Positions 20,338 through 31,373 are shown, counted from the first letter of the stretch. The stretch: 64,000 nt of DNA from Candidatus Melainabacteria bacterium 17Bon1m (GCA_032128875.1 JAVLKG010000003.1:321008-385007); one strand, 5' to 3'. The notes: generated by a model not told the origin, from the sequence alone. Numbers and translations: made by a program.

Positions 20338-21153
20338 CTAGTGCAGAACTACACAGTCGACCATCGCTACGCCCGACGAAATCATGTTGAGCTGCTCGGC
20401 AGCGCCGCGCGAAAGATCGATGATTCTGTCCGCAACGAACGGTCCGCGGTCGTTAACTTGAACGACGCAGGAATTACCGGTTCTGCGGTTGGTAACCAAG
20501 AGTTTGGTACCGAACGGAAGACTTCTATGTGCTGCGGTCAGTCCATTTTGGTCAAAACGGCTGCCGTCGGCGGCGCGTCTGCCATGAAATCTGCCGCCAT
20601 ACCAGGACGCAGCGCCACTAAAAATGGCTTTTCCGGCCGCTTTCAATTGTGAGACGTCTGGCTGCTCATTAGCGACCTTCGGGTATCCGGTCGGTAGTTG
20701 GGTAGCACCCAGGGCCTCACGGATAGCATTGACGAGCTTCAGGCTGGCTTCCATTGGATTGCCGGAGCAAGCCTTTTGTCCGTCGACCGATTCCGGCACT
20801 TCGAACTTAATGGCAACTGCGCCATCGACTTTAACTACGGCGAAATCTCCTTCCTTGGCTGGGAGGATTTTTTCGGGGTCGATCTTCTCGTTTTCAAAAA
20901 TATCTTCAAGCTGTTGCGCGATGTCTTCCGCTTTGTCAGAAGCGTCACCACGGGCTGTTGTTCCGCGGTACATGAGGAAGTCTTTGCCATTTACTGAAAC
21001 GGCAGCGCATTTCTGATTGCTCTCTTCCCACACGTTGGCGTTTACTTCAGGAGCAATTTCCGCAGCCATGCATGAAGCGGCACTAGCTGCGCCGATTCCA
21101 ATGGCGGCAACTGTACTGACTAGCAAAAATTTGGACTTCGAATTCAAACTCAT
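20338..21153 (-). CDS. rlpA: RlpA family (DPBB) lytic transglycosylase with extra N-terminal domain
   Basis: GAASWYG, TAAHRSLPFGT and VNDRGPF..RIIDLS; signal peptide after ATG 21153. Confidence 0.88.
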   Translation of the reverse strand: MSLNSKSKFLLVSTVAAIGIGAASAASCMAAEIAPEVNANVWEESNQKCAAVSVNGKDFLMYRGTTARGDASDKAEDIAQQLEDIFENEKIDPEKILPAKEGDFAVVKVDGAVAIKFEVPESVDGQKACSGNPMEASLKLVNAIREALGATQLPTGYPKVANEQPDVSQLKAAGKAIFSGAASWYGGRFHGRRAADGSRFDQNGLTAAHRSLPFGTKLLVTNRRTGNSCVVQVNDRGPFVADRIIDLSRGAAEQLNMISSGVAMVDCVVLH

Positions 21154-21263
21154 AATCTGCTTTCTACTGGGCTTCTTACTTGGTCCGATCAAACGACGAT
21201 GTTTTGTTCGATTGATATTTCTCTATAGAAGGTCCCGGTGCTGGGCATTCCGAGGCAGGCGAA

Positions 21264-21293
21264 AAGGTAGCAAATACGCCTCGACCCCGTCAA
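21264..21293 (-). promoter_or_regulatory. candidate sigma70 promoter for rlpA
   Basis: Minus strand TTGACG-18 nt-TACCTT with an extended -10 TG. Confidence 0.3.
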
Positions 21294-21972
21294 AGATCTG
21301 TTGACAACCAGCGCAATTTTCGGCGGGCGCGAAATAATGCGATTTCTTGGAGAGAGTTAAGGCGCAAGAGGTTGACAGAATGATCGATATCCGGTAGCGG
21401 ATGTGCGAGATATATACAGCCTCCGCCCGTGGTGCTTGTCGTGATTAACGCGGGATAATCTTTTTCGATCACCATGGTTGTCAATTGTTCCGTGTAACGT
21501 AGTGTAAAACTTCACTCTTAAGCCCCCCTAATTTTGTAGGGAGATCCGTTAAGGGCGACCCTTTGATTCCTCAAAAGTTGCATATCCAGAAGGTTTCGAC
21601 CGGATCTAAAGTGGCTATATTTGCGCCTGTTTTTGTTAACGAAACGAAAGAATCACTTGCATAAATTCACATGCAAAGGTGTAGCAAATCGGACTGTTTT
21701 TTCTCGTTTATCAGTCAAAAAAATGAGACCTTGCAGCTATTCATGCGCCATCAGAGTGACACGCGGTAGATTGTTTGGCGCATGTAAAACGAGGCGGAAT
21801 GCGCTTCGCGCAAGAGATTTTCTGCTGAGAGGTTTTGAAAGGTCAGTGTTTTGATGTTTCTTCTCGCTGGGAAACTCGCATGAACAGCCGGTTCTATGCG
21901 TTTGTGCAAAACGGTTTTACCCGCGTTTTACAAAAGAGAAAACGTTCTCTTTCTCAACGTCGAAAGTGACTG

Positions 21973-22728
21973 CTAGCTAACGCTTGCCGACAACAGGTCC
22001 GCATCCATGTCGAAATTAGCGTAAACGTGTTGGACATCATCATGATTGTCGATGACGTCGAGCAGCTTCATTAGCTGTTTTGCGATGTCCACGTCCGATA
22101 CTTCAACAGTATTGCTCGGATTCATAGACACTTCCGCAGACGCTACTTTGAAGTGTTCGGCAAGTGCTGCTTTGATGTCGTCAACTTTGAGAGGATCGCA
22201 TATGACCACTGCAGATGCGGCATCGCTGCTGTCGACGTCGTCTGCTCCAGCGCTCAACGCCTTATCAATCAAGTCGTCTTCGCTGAATTTCCCTTCCTTA
22301 TCTATAACGATTTCGCCGCGCTCTTTGAACATCCAGCCGACGCAACCTGTTTCGCCCATGTTGCCGCCGTACTTCGAGAAATAGCTTCGAATGTCGCCTG
22401 CAGTGCGGTTTCGATTATCCGTCGCGCATTTGACCATGATGGCAACGCCCCCTGGACCATAGCCTTCGTAGGTAAGCTCTTCCATATTGTTGCCATCGCC
22501 GCCGCCGGCGCCCTTTTCGATCGCGCGTGCAATATTGTCGTTGGGCACGCCTTCTTGTTTTGCCCTTTCAATAGCCTTTCGCAGTCGCAGGTTTCCCGCG
22601 GGATCTCCGCCGCCAAGCTTGGCCGCGACTATGATTTCGCGCGACATCTTCGCGTACATGACACCGCGTTTGGCGTCGACAACGGCTTTCTGCCTTTTGA
22701 TTGTTGCCCACTTGGAATGGCCGGACAC
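21973..22728 (-). CDS. yebC: YebC/PmpR family protein
   Basis: (M)SGHSKWATIK, YEGYGPGGVA and TDNRNRT; start reassigned to GTG 22728 with GGGAG RBS. Confidence 0.95.
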   Translation of the reverse strand: MSGHSKWATIKRQKAVVDAKRGVMYAKMSREIIVAAKLGGGDPAGNLRLRKAIERAKQEGVPNDNIARAIEKGAGGGDGNNMEELTYEGYGPGGVAIMVKCATDNRNRTAGDIRSYFSKYGGNMGETGCVGWMFKERGEIVIDKEGKFSEDDLIDKALSAGADDVDSSDAASAVVICDPLKVDDIKAALAEHFKVASAEVSMNPSNTVEVSDVDIAKQLMKLLDVIDNHDDVQHVYANFDMDADLLSASVS

Positions 22729-23086
22729 GAAACACTCTCCCTGCGATCTACTGATTGTGCGCACCAAGGGCGCGGAATTAATTCGCAAAATCTATTGTAC
22801 GGCACTGATACGGCGGCTTCATCCTGAGATTTGCAGTTGTGAAGTGAGGCGAGCATTTTTGCCGGGCAGATTCCTTATATAAGGATGCAATTTCCATCCT
22901 ATTTATATGATTTGAAACGCGTCCGAATTATCAGGAGGTGCTCCCATCTTTTGTAGCTAAAAGGTCTAGCGCTTAGAAACCTGGATGACATGGCGTTGTT
23001 AAGGCGATAACATTCACACACCGACTGTCTCTTTAGTATTCATCCCTCTCCTGTTTATCGGAGAGGCTTCGCAAGGTGAGGGCGAT

Positions 23087-24988
23087 ATGTATCAGAACCG
23101 ATCAATTTTCCGCGCAGCTCGAGTCGCTTTGCTTTTGGCAGGCAGTTTCAGCATCGTGCTTGGCTCTACTTTGATCACTGCAAGTCCGGTTGACGCAAAA
23201 CGTACCGTGCTTCGCGGTGGCGTCTTCGTTTATACGGGCGACCCGCGTACAGACGAGATGCTCAACCATCGCAAGTATGCAGATGTTGAAGAGCGTTGTC
23301 TCGAGCAATTGCGCCGCAACCCTGGCAGCGTCCCTGCGATGATCGGTGCCGGCTGGGCTCAAGGCAAGCTATTCAAGCTCGATGCAGCTAACGCTAACTT
23401 CGACAAAGCGCTTGCGAAAAATCCTTCCAACCCGATGGCACATGCCGGTAAGGCGATGGTTTTGTTCAATCGTTTGCAGTCGTCTTCGCAAACAATCATC
23501 AAGCAAAAGGATGCATTGCTAAAACAAGCCGAAGCGGAAGCCAGACAAAGTATCAATTACGATTCGCGTTTCCCGGAAGCACACTGGACGCTGGGTATGA
23601 TCTTGCGCGAGCAAGGCCGTTATGACGAGGCTATCAAAGCTTTCCGCGACGCAACCAACATGGACAGCAATTACTCCGACGGATATTCGGGACTTGCTCA
23701 AGCTCAGTTGGACAAAGGTGATATCGCCGGTGCAATTCAGTCGGCAAAAGAAGCCGTTGCAATCAATACCGGCAACTCAACTGCTCACTATGCATTGGGT
23801 GAAGCATACAGACGGCAAGGTCTCCTTGATGAAGCTCTCAAAGAGTTGAACACCGCGCTCTATCAATATCGCAACAGCGCACCTGTTCACCTGTCTATGG
23901 GTAAGACTCTGGCGACGCAAGGCAATACCGTCGGCGCTGTCAAAGAGTTTCAGGAATCAATTCGCATCAAAGCGGAAAATCCTGATGCTTACCTGGGTAT
24001 CGCGGACATCCGCGAAGCTCGCGGAGATATCGAACATTCGATCGCAGAGCTGCGCTCAGGTTTGGAAATGATGCCCAACAATGCAGCGTTGCGCGAGCGT
24101 GTTGCCGATCAACTCCTGCGAGTTGAAAAACTGGACGATGCTATCAAAGAATATACGACTGTGATGGATCAAAATCCGAACAACGCCGTTGCTGCCAAAG
24201 GTTTGACCAGAGCTTATTACCTGAAGGCAAACAAAGAAGCGACCGGTGCATTTTTCGTGAGCAACGAATACGAGTCGGCAAAGCGCATGTTGGATCAGGC
24301 TGTTCGTTTGAATCCCAACGACATGGAATTGCGTTTGGCTCAAGCAAAGCTGCGTTCGTTGTCTGGTGAAACAGTTGATCTCAACACTATCGGCACACCG
24401 ACAAATGATGGTGAGCGCATTGCATATGCAGAAGCTTTGCTCGCACAGAATAAGTTCAAAGAATCAGACGAGCAAATGAGCAGGGTAATCGGCAATGCTG
24501 CCGACGCCAAGCAAACATTTGCGGTCGCAGACTTGGCTTTGATGATCAAAGATTTGCCCAGCGCTGAAGCTGCCTATCGCAAGGCTTCGCAATTCCCGGG
24601 CGGTGCTGAAAGAGCCAAGCGCGGTATGGATCTGATCGCAAAACAAAAAGAAGTAGCAAGACAAGATCTCACACTCGCTGATGACTTGGCAAAACGCCAA
24701 CAAGTGAAGAGTGCGATCGATAAGTACAGATCTGCCTGCTATCAAAACCCAAAGGTCTCGGATGCGCGCCTCGGCTATGCTATCTGCCTCGAGAAGGACA
24801 GACCCGAAATGCCTGATGTATTGCGCCTCTCTGCTACTCAGTTTAAGGCGTACATGGCTCTCGAGCCGGCTTTGCCTGAAAAGGAAGTAGCAAAGATCAA
24901 CAAGAAAATCGCGTCTCTGGAAGAGAAAGCCTACAAGCTCGACCAAAAATCCGGCGATACCCGCCGTGGTACCAGACGTCGCTTTTAG
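23087..24988 (+). CDS. secreted multi-TPR protein (paralog 1)
   Basis: Signal peptide; many 34-aa TPR-like repeats (AHWTLGMIL, AHYALGEAY, AYLGIADI). Confidence 0.9.
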   Translation: MYQNRSIFRAARVALLLAGSFSIVLGSTLITASPVDAKRTVLRGGVFVYTGDPRTDEMLNHRKYADVEERCLEQLRRNPGSVPAMIGAGWAQGKLFKLDAANANFDKALAKNPSNPMAHAGKAMVLFNRLQSSSQTIIKQKDALLKQAEAEARQSINYDSRFPEAHWTLGMILREQGRYDEAIKAFRDATNMDSNYSDGYSGLAQAQLDKGDIAGAIQSAKEAVAINTGNSTAHYALGEAYRRQGLLDEALKELNTALYQYRNSAPVHLSMGKTLATQGNTVGAVKEFQESIRIKAENPDAYLGIADIREARGDIEHSIAELRSGLEMMPNNAALRERVADQLLRVEKLDDAIKEYTTVMDQNPNNAVAAKGLTRAYYLKANKEATGAFFVSNEYESAKRMLDQAVRLNPNDMELRLAQAKLRSLSGETVDLNTIGTPTNDGERIAYAEALLAQNKFKESDEQMSRVIGNAADAKQTFAVADLALMIKDLPSAEAAYRKASQFPGGAERAKRGMDLIAKQKEVARQDLTLADDLAKRQQVKSAIDKYRSACYQNPKVSDARLGYAICLEKDRPEMPDVLRLSATQFKAYMALEPALPEKEVAKINKKIASLEEKAYKLDQKSGDTRRGTRRRF

Positions 24989-25040
24989 TCCGAATAAGAT
25001 ATCGAAACAAATAGAATGCCAATTGGAACTGTGAGGAGAT

Positions 25041-26912
25041 ATGCAAAATAGAAAGTTGATCGCAATGTGTCTGGCTCTGGCAGGAAGCATCTCGCTTTCA
25101 ATGTCGGTTGAGCCCGCGCAAGCAAAAGAAAAAAAGCTGATCAAGATCAAGATCGAACGCGAAGTAGTGATGGCGGACGAGCTGATGCTCAACGGCAAAT
25201 TCAGCGATGCTGCAGATCTCTATCACGCTGTTCAAGCTAAGAACCCAAAGTCCGTACCTGCCACCATTGGTTTTGGTATGGCACTTGCCAAACAGTTCAA
25301 GCTGGACGCCGCCGACGAACAGTTCAACAAAGCGTTGACGATGGATCCACACAATGCCATGGCGCACGCAGGAAAAGCGATGGTTATGTTCAATCGCCTG
25401 GCTTCATCCTCGCAAACCGTGATCAAAAACAAAGAAGCATCACTCAAGAATGCTGAAGCCGAAGTCAGACAAGGTCTGGCGATCGACCCGGGCATGCCGG
25501 AAGCTCACTACACACTCGGCATGATCTTGAAAGAGCAAGGTCGCACCGATGAAGCGATTACTGAGTTTCAAGATGCTACCCGCATCGACCCCAAATACTC
25601 GGAAGCTTATTCCGGCTTGGGCGTCGCTCAACTGCAAAAGGACGACGTGACCGGCGCGATTCAATCCTTCAAGGAAGCAATCGCCAACAACTCCGGCAAC
25701 TCGACCGCTCACTATGGGTTGGGTGAATCGTACAGACGCCAGGGGATGCTTGATGAAGCTCTAAAAGAGTTGAACACATCCTTATATCAGTATCGCAACA
25801 GCGCACCGGTTCACCTCTCGATGGCAAAAATTTATGCCGCGCAAGGCAACACCGTAGCCGGCGTGCAGCAGTATCAAGAGTGCATCCGCATCAAGCCTGA
25901 AAATCCTGAAGCTTATTTGGGCATCGCCGATATTCGCGAAACCCGCGGTGACCTGGAGCACTCAATTGCTGAGTTGCGCTCCGGTTTGGAAATGATGCCG
26001 AACAATATGGACTTGAGATTGCGTGTTGCCGATCAGAGTTTGAAACTTGAAAAGCTCGATGACGCCATCAAAGAGTATCGCGCCTGCATGGACGCCAATC
26101 CGCAAAACGCAGCTGCCGCCAAAGGCATCACGCGCGCCTATTATTTGAAGGCAAACAAAGAAGCAACAGGTGCATTCTTTGTCAGCAATGAATACGAATC
26201 TGCAAAGCGCATGTTGGAACAAGCAGTTCGCTTAAATCCCAACGATATGGAATTGCGTTTGGCTGAGGCAAAACTACGCTCGTTGTCTGGTGAAGCTGTA
26301 GACCTGAAGTCCATCGGCACACCAACCAATAATGGCGAGCGCATTGCTTATGCAGAGGCTTGTTTGGCTCAGAACAAGTACAAAGACTCCGATGAACAGA
26401 TGAACATCGTTCTTTCCAATTGCACAGACGCCAAACAAACATTCGCTGTCGCAGACCTTGCTTTGATGATCAAAGACATTCCCAATGCTGAAGCTGCCTA
26501 CAAAAAAGCTGCGGCATTCCCGGGCTCGGAAGAGCGCGCGAAGCGTGGCATCGACATGGTCAATAAAGCGAAGGATCAAGCCAGACAAGATCTGACATTA
26601 GCAGACGATCTTGCTCGCAAGAAGCAGCTCAACTCGGCTATCGACAAATACAAAATTGCTATTTACGAGAACCCGAAGGTTGCCGACACGCACCTCGGTT
26701 ATGCGATTTGCCTAGAACAACTCAAGCCGCCGATTCCGGAAGATTTGAGACAAGCCTCCACGCAATATAAAGCGTATATGGCTTTGGATAACAGCATCCC
26801 GCCTAAAGAGCTCGAAAAACTCAACAAGAAAATCGCCTCTCTTGAAGAGAAAGCCTACAAGCTGGAGCAGAAAGGCAAAGACACAAGATCCGGAACGAAG
26901 CGAAAATTCTAA
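25041..26912 (+). CDS. secreted multi-TPR protein (paralog 2)
   Basis: Collinear with paralog 1, with long identical blocks such as RAYYLKANKEATGAFFVSNEYESAKRML. Confidence 0.9.
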   Translation: MQNRKLIAMCLALAGSISLSMSVEPAQAKEKKLIKIKIEREVVMADELMLNGKFSDAADLYHAVQAKNPKSVPATIGFGMALAKQFKLDAADEQFNKALTMDPHNAMAHAGKAMVMFNRLASSSQTVIKNKEASLKNAEAEVRQGLAIDPGMPEAHYTLGMILKEQGRTDEAITEFQDATRIDPKYSEAYSGLGVAQLQKDDVTGAIQSFKEAIANNSGNSTAHYGLGESYRRQGMLDEALKELNTSLYQYRNSAPVHLSMAKIYAAQGNTVAGVQQYQECIRIKPENPEAYLGIADIRETRGDLEHSIAELRSGLEMMPNNMDLRLRVADQSLKLEKLDDAIKEYRACMDANPQNAAAAKGITRAYYLKANKEATGAFFVSNEYESAKRMLEQAVRLNPNDMELRLAEAKLRSLSGEAVDLKSIGTPTNNGERIAYAEACLAQNKYKDSDEQMNIVLSNCTDAKQTFAVADLALMIKDIPNAEAAYKKAAAFPGSEERAKRGIDMVNKAKDQARQDLTLADDLARKKQLNSAIDKYKIAIYENPKVADTHLGYAICLEQLKPPIPEDLRQASTQYKAYMALDNSIPPKELEKLNKKIASLEEKAYKLEQKGKDTRSGTKRKF

Positions 26913-26922
26913 ATAGATAACT

Positions 26923-26949
26923 GTGGGGGCGCATTGCATGCGCCCCCAC
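26923..26949. repeat. single REP-like palindrome
   Basis: GTGGGGGCGCAT-TGC-ATGCGCCCCCAC, a perfect 12-bp inverted repeat with a GCGCAT/ATGCGC core like the 53-bp elements. Confidence 0.65.
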
Positions 26950-26971
26950 GATTTATCGATATAATTGGCTC

Positions 26972-28351
26972 GTGACTGATTGGAAAAACAAAAAAGTAAC
27001 CATACTCGGCCTCGGCAGAAGCGGCATTGCGGCAGCGCAATATCTTTCGGCAAGAGGTGCGAATGTATTCGTCTCCGATTCGGCCGCTGCTGACACTGAA
27101 AGACAGGCTCAGGCAGCCGAGGTAGAACGCCTTGGATGTAAAGTTGAATTGGGCGGTCACAGTGATGCAGCTATCGAGCATGGCTCTTTCGTCCTCACCT
27201 CTCCCGGCATTGCTCCTCATAGTGCGGTCATTCAAAAGGCACGTTCGCTGGGCAAAGAAGTAATTTCCGATGTGGAATTAGCCTGGCGCGAGACCAAGGC
27301 TCCAATTCTTGCTATTACCGGTACGAATGGAAAATCCACAACCTGTGCGCTTTTGAGTTTCATGCTCGAGAAAACGGGTCGTGTTGCTCCGGCTTGCGGC
27401 AATATCGGTGTTCCGATTCTCAGTCAATTAGATAGAAAACCTGACTATCTGGTCGTTGAAGTTTCTTCCTATCAGTTGGACTACACAGCAAACTTCGCGC
27501 CAAAAATCGGCGTTTGGCTCAACTTTACCCCTGATCACGTTGATTGGCACCAGGGACTGGAAAATTACAAACGCGCCAAGCAAAAGCTTTTTGCCAACCA
27601 GCAACACAGTGACTACGCCGTTCTCAGCATGGACGACCCGGTGGTTAGCCAGCAAATTACGCGCGCCGAGATCTTTCCCTTCAGTTCGCAAATGAATTTG
27701 GACAATATGGTCCAAGCCGCCTATGTATCAAACGATTTTCTTGCTTACCGCATACGCGCTCGCAATCGCATCGTTTGTGCCGTCAACGAGCTGCAAATAT
27801 TAGGCCAGCACAATGTTGAGAATGCACTCGCGGCAATATCTTGCTGTGCCATTCTCGATGTGCAGCCTCAAGAGATTGAGACTTACATTAAAGAGTTCAA
27901 GGGTTTGGAGCATCGGCTCGAGTATGTGGCAACGATAGATAACGTCCCTTATTACAACGATTCTAAGGCGACCAATCCTGAATCAGCTATAAAGGCGATA
28001 CAGTCCTTCCCGGACAAGAAAATCGTGCTCATTGCCGGCGGTCGGGACAAAGCGACCTCACTTGATGAATTTGTTGGTGCTGTTAGAAACCATGTAGCAG
28101 CTGTTATCCTCTTAGGTGAAGCCAAGGAGAGATTTGAGAAAGCGTTAAGGGAGGGAGGATTTAACGACGTTCATGTGGTCGCAAACCTCGAAGAGGCTGT
28201 CGACCTGGGTGGGAAACTGAAACTGGGACCGGTGGTTCTTTCTCCGGCATGCGCCAGTTTCGACATGTTCAAGGATTTTGAGAACAGAGGCCGTGTCTTC
28301 AAAGATATTGTCCGCGCAAGACTCGAGATGGCGCCGTCAGTCCAAGGGTAG
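26972..28351 (+). CDS. murD: UDP-N-acetylmuramoyl-L-alanine--D-glutamate ligase
   Basis: GLGRSG, ITGTNGKSTT, EVSSYQL, HRLE, NDSKATN and LSPACASFDMF. Confidence 0.97.
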   Translation: MTDWKNKKVTILGLGRSGIAAAQYLSARGANVFVSDSAAADTERQAQAAEVERLGCKVELGGHSDAAIEHGSFVLTSPGIAPHSAVIQKARSLGKEVISDVELAWRETKAPILAITGTNGKSTTCALLSFMLEKTGRVAPACGNIGVPILSQLDRKPDYLVVEVSSYQLDYTANFAPKIGVWLNFTPDHVDWHQGLENYKRAKQKLFANQQHSDYAVLSMDDPVVSQQITRAEIFPFSSQMNLDNMVQAAYVSNDFLAYRIRARNRIVCAVNELQILGQHNVENALAAISCCAILDVQPQEIETYIKEFKGLEHRLEYVATIDNVPYYNDSKATNPESAIKAIQSFPDKKIVLIAGGRDKATSLDEFVGAVRNHVAAVILLGEAKERFEKALREGGFNDVHVVANLEEAVDLGGKLKLGPVVLSPACASFDMFKDFENRGRVFKDIVRARLEMAPSVQG

Positions 28352-29543
28352 TGGTGGTCGCTCTCTAAAGGTAGCTCCGCCTTCGAATGAAGGTCCGGAG
28401 TTTCGTGGGCTCCCCGATAAAGCTCTCATAACTCTCGTTTGCTCGCTGTGCGGCTTTGGTCTCATGGCGGTTTTCAGTGCTTCAGCTCCTGAGGCGCTCT
28501 CCAGCTATCAGGATGCAACTTACTATTTGCGCCGTCAGGCAATTTGCTGCGTGATCGGGCTTTTCGCCATGTTCACCATCAGCCGCTACGATTACAGGCG
28601 TCTAAAGAAATGGGCTTGGCCTGTGGCTTTGGGCGCGTTTGGCTTATTGTGTTTGACTCTGGTCCCCGGTATCTCGGTCACCACAATGGGCTCCACTCGC
28701 TGGTTGCAGATCGGTCCGTTGCAGTTTCAGCCTTCCGAAATGTGCAAAATCGCGTCTATTTTGCTCATCTCTGCCGGTCTCTCCAAGCATTTTTGGTGGC
28801 ACAGACAAGTTCTGGTGCGCATTGCACTCATTCTTTTGATGGCGACAATTGTCGTCAAACAGCCTGACCTCGGAACAGCAATGATGATTTCCGGCAGTCT
28901 GGTGGCACTTTTGTTCGCCAGCGGTCTCAATCCGCTGCTTATTATTCTGGCTGGTGGTGGTGCTTTTGGATATATGTGGCACCACGTTCAAAAGACGCCT
29001 TACCAGATGGCCCGCATCATGAGCTGGTTGGACCCATATAAGTATCCGCAGAAAGAAGGCTGGAACGTCATTCAAGCGCAGTATGCCATTGGCTCCGGCG
29101 GGTTGTTCGGCGTCGGCTTCGGGCGCTCGATGCAGAAGCTTTTCTACCTGCCGGTTCAGCATGCCGACTTTATTTTCGCTGTAATCGCAGAAGAATTCGG
29201 TTTTGTCCCTTGCTGCGTTTTGATTTCTCTCTATGTGCTCTTTGGCTATTTCGGCTTCAGAACTGCCTTGCGCTCACGCACACTCTTTGGACGTTTTCTT
29301 GCAATCGGCATCACCAGCTCGATCGTGCTGCAGGCGTTAGTCAATATCATGGTTACCACCGGCATCGTGCCAGTAACAGGTATCACGCTTCCGTTCATCA
29401 GCTACGGCGGAACCTCGCTTGTAATAACACTGTCGATGGTCGGTGTTCTTCTTTCAGTTTCTCGAGACAGCGGGCAAATGTCGGAAGACGAAGAATACGA
29501 CGATGACGACTTAAAACCTGCGAGACAAGCGGCACGTCCATGA
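28278..29543 (+). CDS. ftsW: SEDS peptidoglycan polymerase FtsW
   Basis: FQPSE, QPDLGT, AIGSGG, DFIFAVIAEEFG and GITLPFISYGGTS; lies between murD and murG. Start uncertain (TTG overlapping murD). Confidence 0.93.
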   Translation: MRTEAVSSKILSAQDSRWRRQSKGSGGRSLKVAPPSNEGPEFRGLPDKALITLVCSLCGFGLMAVFSASAPEALSSYQDATYYLRRQAICCVIGLFAMFTISRYDYRRLKKWAWPVALGAFGLLCLTLVPGISVTTMGSTRWLQIGPLQFQPSEMCKIASILLISAGLSKHFWWHRQVLVRIALILLMATIVVKQPDLGTAMMISGSLVALLFASGLNPLLIILAGGGAFGYMWHHVQKTPYQMARIMSWLDPYKYPQKEGWNVIQAQYAIGSGGLFGVGFGRSMQKLFYLPVQHADFIFAVIAEEFGFVPCCVLISLYVLFGYFGFRTALRSRTLFGRFLAIGITSSIVLQALVNIMVTTGIVPVTGITLPFISYGGTSLVITLSMVGVLLSVSRDSGQMSEDEEYDDDDLKPARQAARP

Positions 29544-30685
29544 GTGGTGGCGAGCACCGGCTAATTCTCACAGGTGGTGGCACCGGCGGTCATGTGTATC
29601 CGGCGTTGGCGGTTGCCGACGAATTGAAGGACGATCCGGACGTGAAGGCCATCCTTTATATAGGTGCAAAAGGGCACCTTGAAGAACGTCTGGCAAGAGA
29701 GCGTGGTCTAGATTTTGTTGGCTTTGACGTTTCTGGTTTGCCGCGAAGTGTTTCACCGAAGCTGGTGACTTGGCCGTTTCAAATGGTGCAAGCGATCGGA
29801 CAATGCTCCGCGCTTTTCGGGCGTTTCAAACCAACTGCAGTCTTGGGCACGGGCGGGTACGCATCGGCACCACCACTGACTTGTGCGGCTACTTCCGGTA
29901 TTCCGTATGCAGTGCATGAGCCGGATGCGCATCCTGGGCTGGTCAATCGGCTTTACGCGAAGAATGCGTCCGTTGTTTCGTGCGGCATGGAGGCCGCAAA
30001 AGAAAGGTTGGTAAGCAAGGTTGGCGAAACTGTGTTCAACGGTAATCCGGTGCGCAAGGGTTTTGTCCACATGATCGAGAAAGAGAAAGCCGCACGGCAA
30101 CTGGGTTTGGTCAGTCATCTGCCAACTCTGATCATCACAGGCGGCTCGCAAGGTGCGCAAGCGATCAATGATGCCGTTTTTGCCATGCTGCCGACATTGT
30201 TTTCCGACACGAACACAATGCAGGTGATACACCAGGTCGGCGAAAAGAATTTTGCCAACTACAAAGAGCAGCTGCCCCACGAAATTTTGACTAGCGCTAG
30301 ATACTGCTATCGAGCTTATTTCGAGGATCTCTCCGTTGCTTATGCCTTGAGCGATTTGGCTATTTCGCGGGCCGGAGCGATGACGATCAGCGAGCTATGT
30401 GTAACATCAACCCCATCTATATTCATTCCATATCCTTTTGCTGCTCAGAATCACCAGGAGCATAATGCACGTGCGCTAGAGGCTAAAGGGGCAGCAACCG
30501 TGATATTGCAGAAGGATTTGAATCCGGGCTTACTGGCGACGACAGTAAAGTCATTGCTTTTCGATCGCGAAAAGCTGAAGAAGATGAAAGAAGCTGCCGG
30601 ACAAATGGGAAAACCAAATGCCGCAAAAGACATTGCTGAGATGCTGAAGCGCTTGAGCAGCGGCTATCAGAGCAAGTCGAGCTGA
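29540..30685 (+). CDS. murG: lipid II synthase MurG
   Basis: GGGTGGHVYP, GTGGYAS, GNPVR, GGSQGA, SRAGA and HQEHNA. Confidence 0.97.
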   Translation: MSGGEHRLILTGGGTGGHVYPALAVADELKDDPDVKAILYIGAKGHLEERLARERGLDFVGFDVSGLPRSVSPKLVTWPFQMVQAIGQCSALFGRFKPTAVLGTGGYASAPPLTCAATSGIPYAVHEPDAHPGLVNRLYAKNASVVSCGMEAAKERLVSKVGETVFNGNPVRKGFVHMIEKEKAARQLGLVSHLPTLIITGGSQGAQAINDAVFAMLPTLFSDTNTMQVIHQVGEKNFANYKEQLPHEILTSARYCYRAYFEDLSVAYALSDLAISRAGAMTISELCVTSTPSIFIPYPFAAQNHQEHNARALEAKGAATVILQKDLNPGLLATTVKSLLFDREKLKKMKEAAGQMGKPNAAKDIAEMLKRLSSGYQSKSS

Positions 30686-30709
30686 TCAGAAGGCGAATTA
30701 GAAGAAGAC

Positions 30710-30955
30710 TTAGCCGGCGACGATTGGTGCCGGAGTCAGAATTTGCGGGCTGATGAATGAATCTTGTGGCGACGCTTGCATTTGGACACCAGTGACTTGA
30801 GCGCCTGGTCGCATCTTGCTTTCGATCTCTTCGAGAATTGATTCGATTTGGGAGATCAGTTGTGCTGACTCGTGGTCAGCGCCCTGAGAGCGGTGGACAG
30901 CGTCCTTCAGCTCTTCAATTGTCGTTTTAAACGATGGTTGATTTGGAAAGGTCAT
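30710..30955 (-). CDS. small hypothetical protein
   Basis: 81-aa ORF with helical pattern and AGGAAAG RBS. Confidence 0.5.
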   Translation of the reverse strand: MTFPNQPSFKTTIEELKDAVHRSQGADHESAQLISQIESILEEIESKMRPGAQVTGVQMQASPQDSFISPQILTPAPIVAG

Positions 30956-31373
30956 ATACTTTCCTGCCGCGGCACAAGGGATTAACTATGGGACCAAAAT
31001 TCAAAATGTCTCTTGGGCAACTATGTCTCTGCCAGCCGCCCTAACTTGTCACGAGTTTAGCACGGAAAAATTTGGATTCAACGGCGCAAATATATATGCT
31101 CGATGCAGTACTGATGTCAAGCGGTGCAAGAATCAGTGCCTGTCATATATTCAGGGGAGCTGTTGCAAATGGAAACTATATTTATCAATTGTCCACATTA
31201 AGTATTATCGGCTCCCAAATGACAGCATCAGTGGGTTTTGTGGACATTCGACTGTCTGCATGATTTGAAAGCCGCATCTGGTGGGCGTTCTACTTAGAAG
31301 TGCCGTCATCTCCGGGCAGTGTTATCTTGAGGGGTAGTAGGACTATCAGTACAAACTTTGGCTCTGAACTAAT

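Noticed and set aside
21154-21400. c-di-AMP (ydaO) riboswitch upstream of rlpA
   Set aside because: Consensus elements not found by eye on the minus strand.
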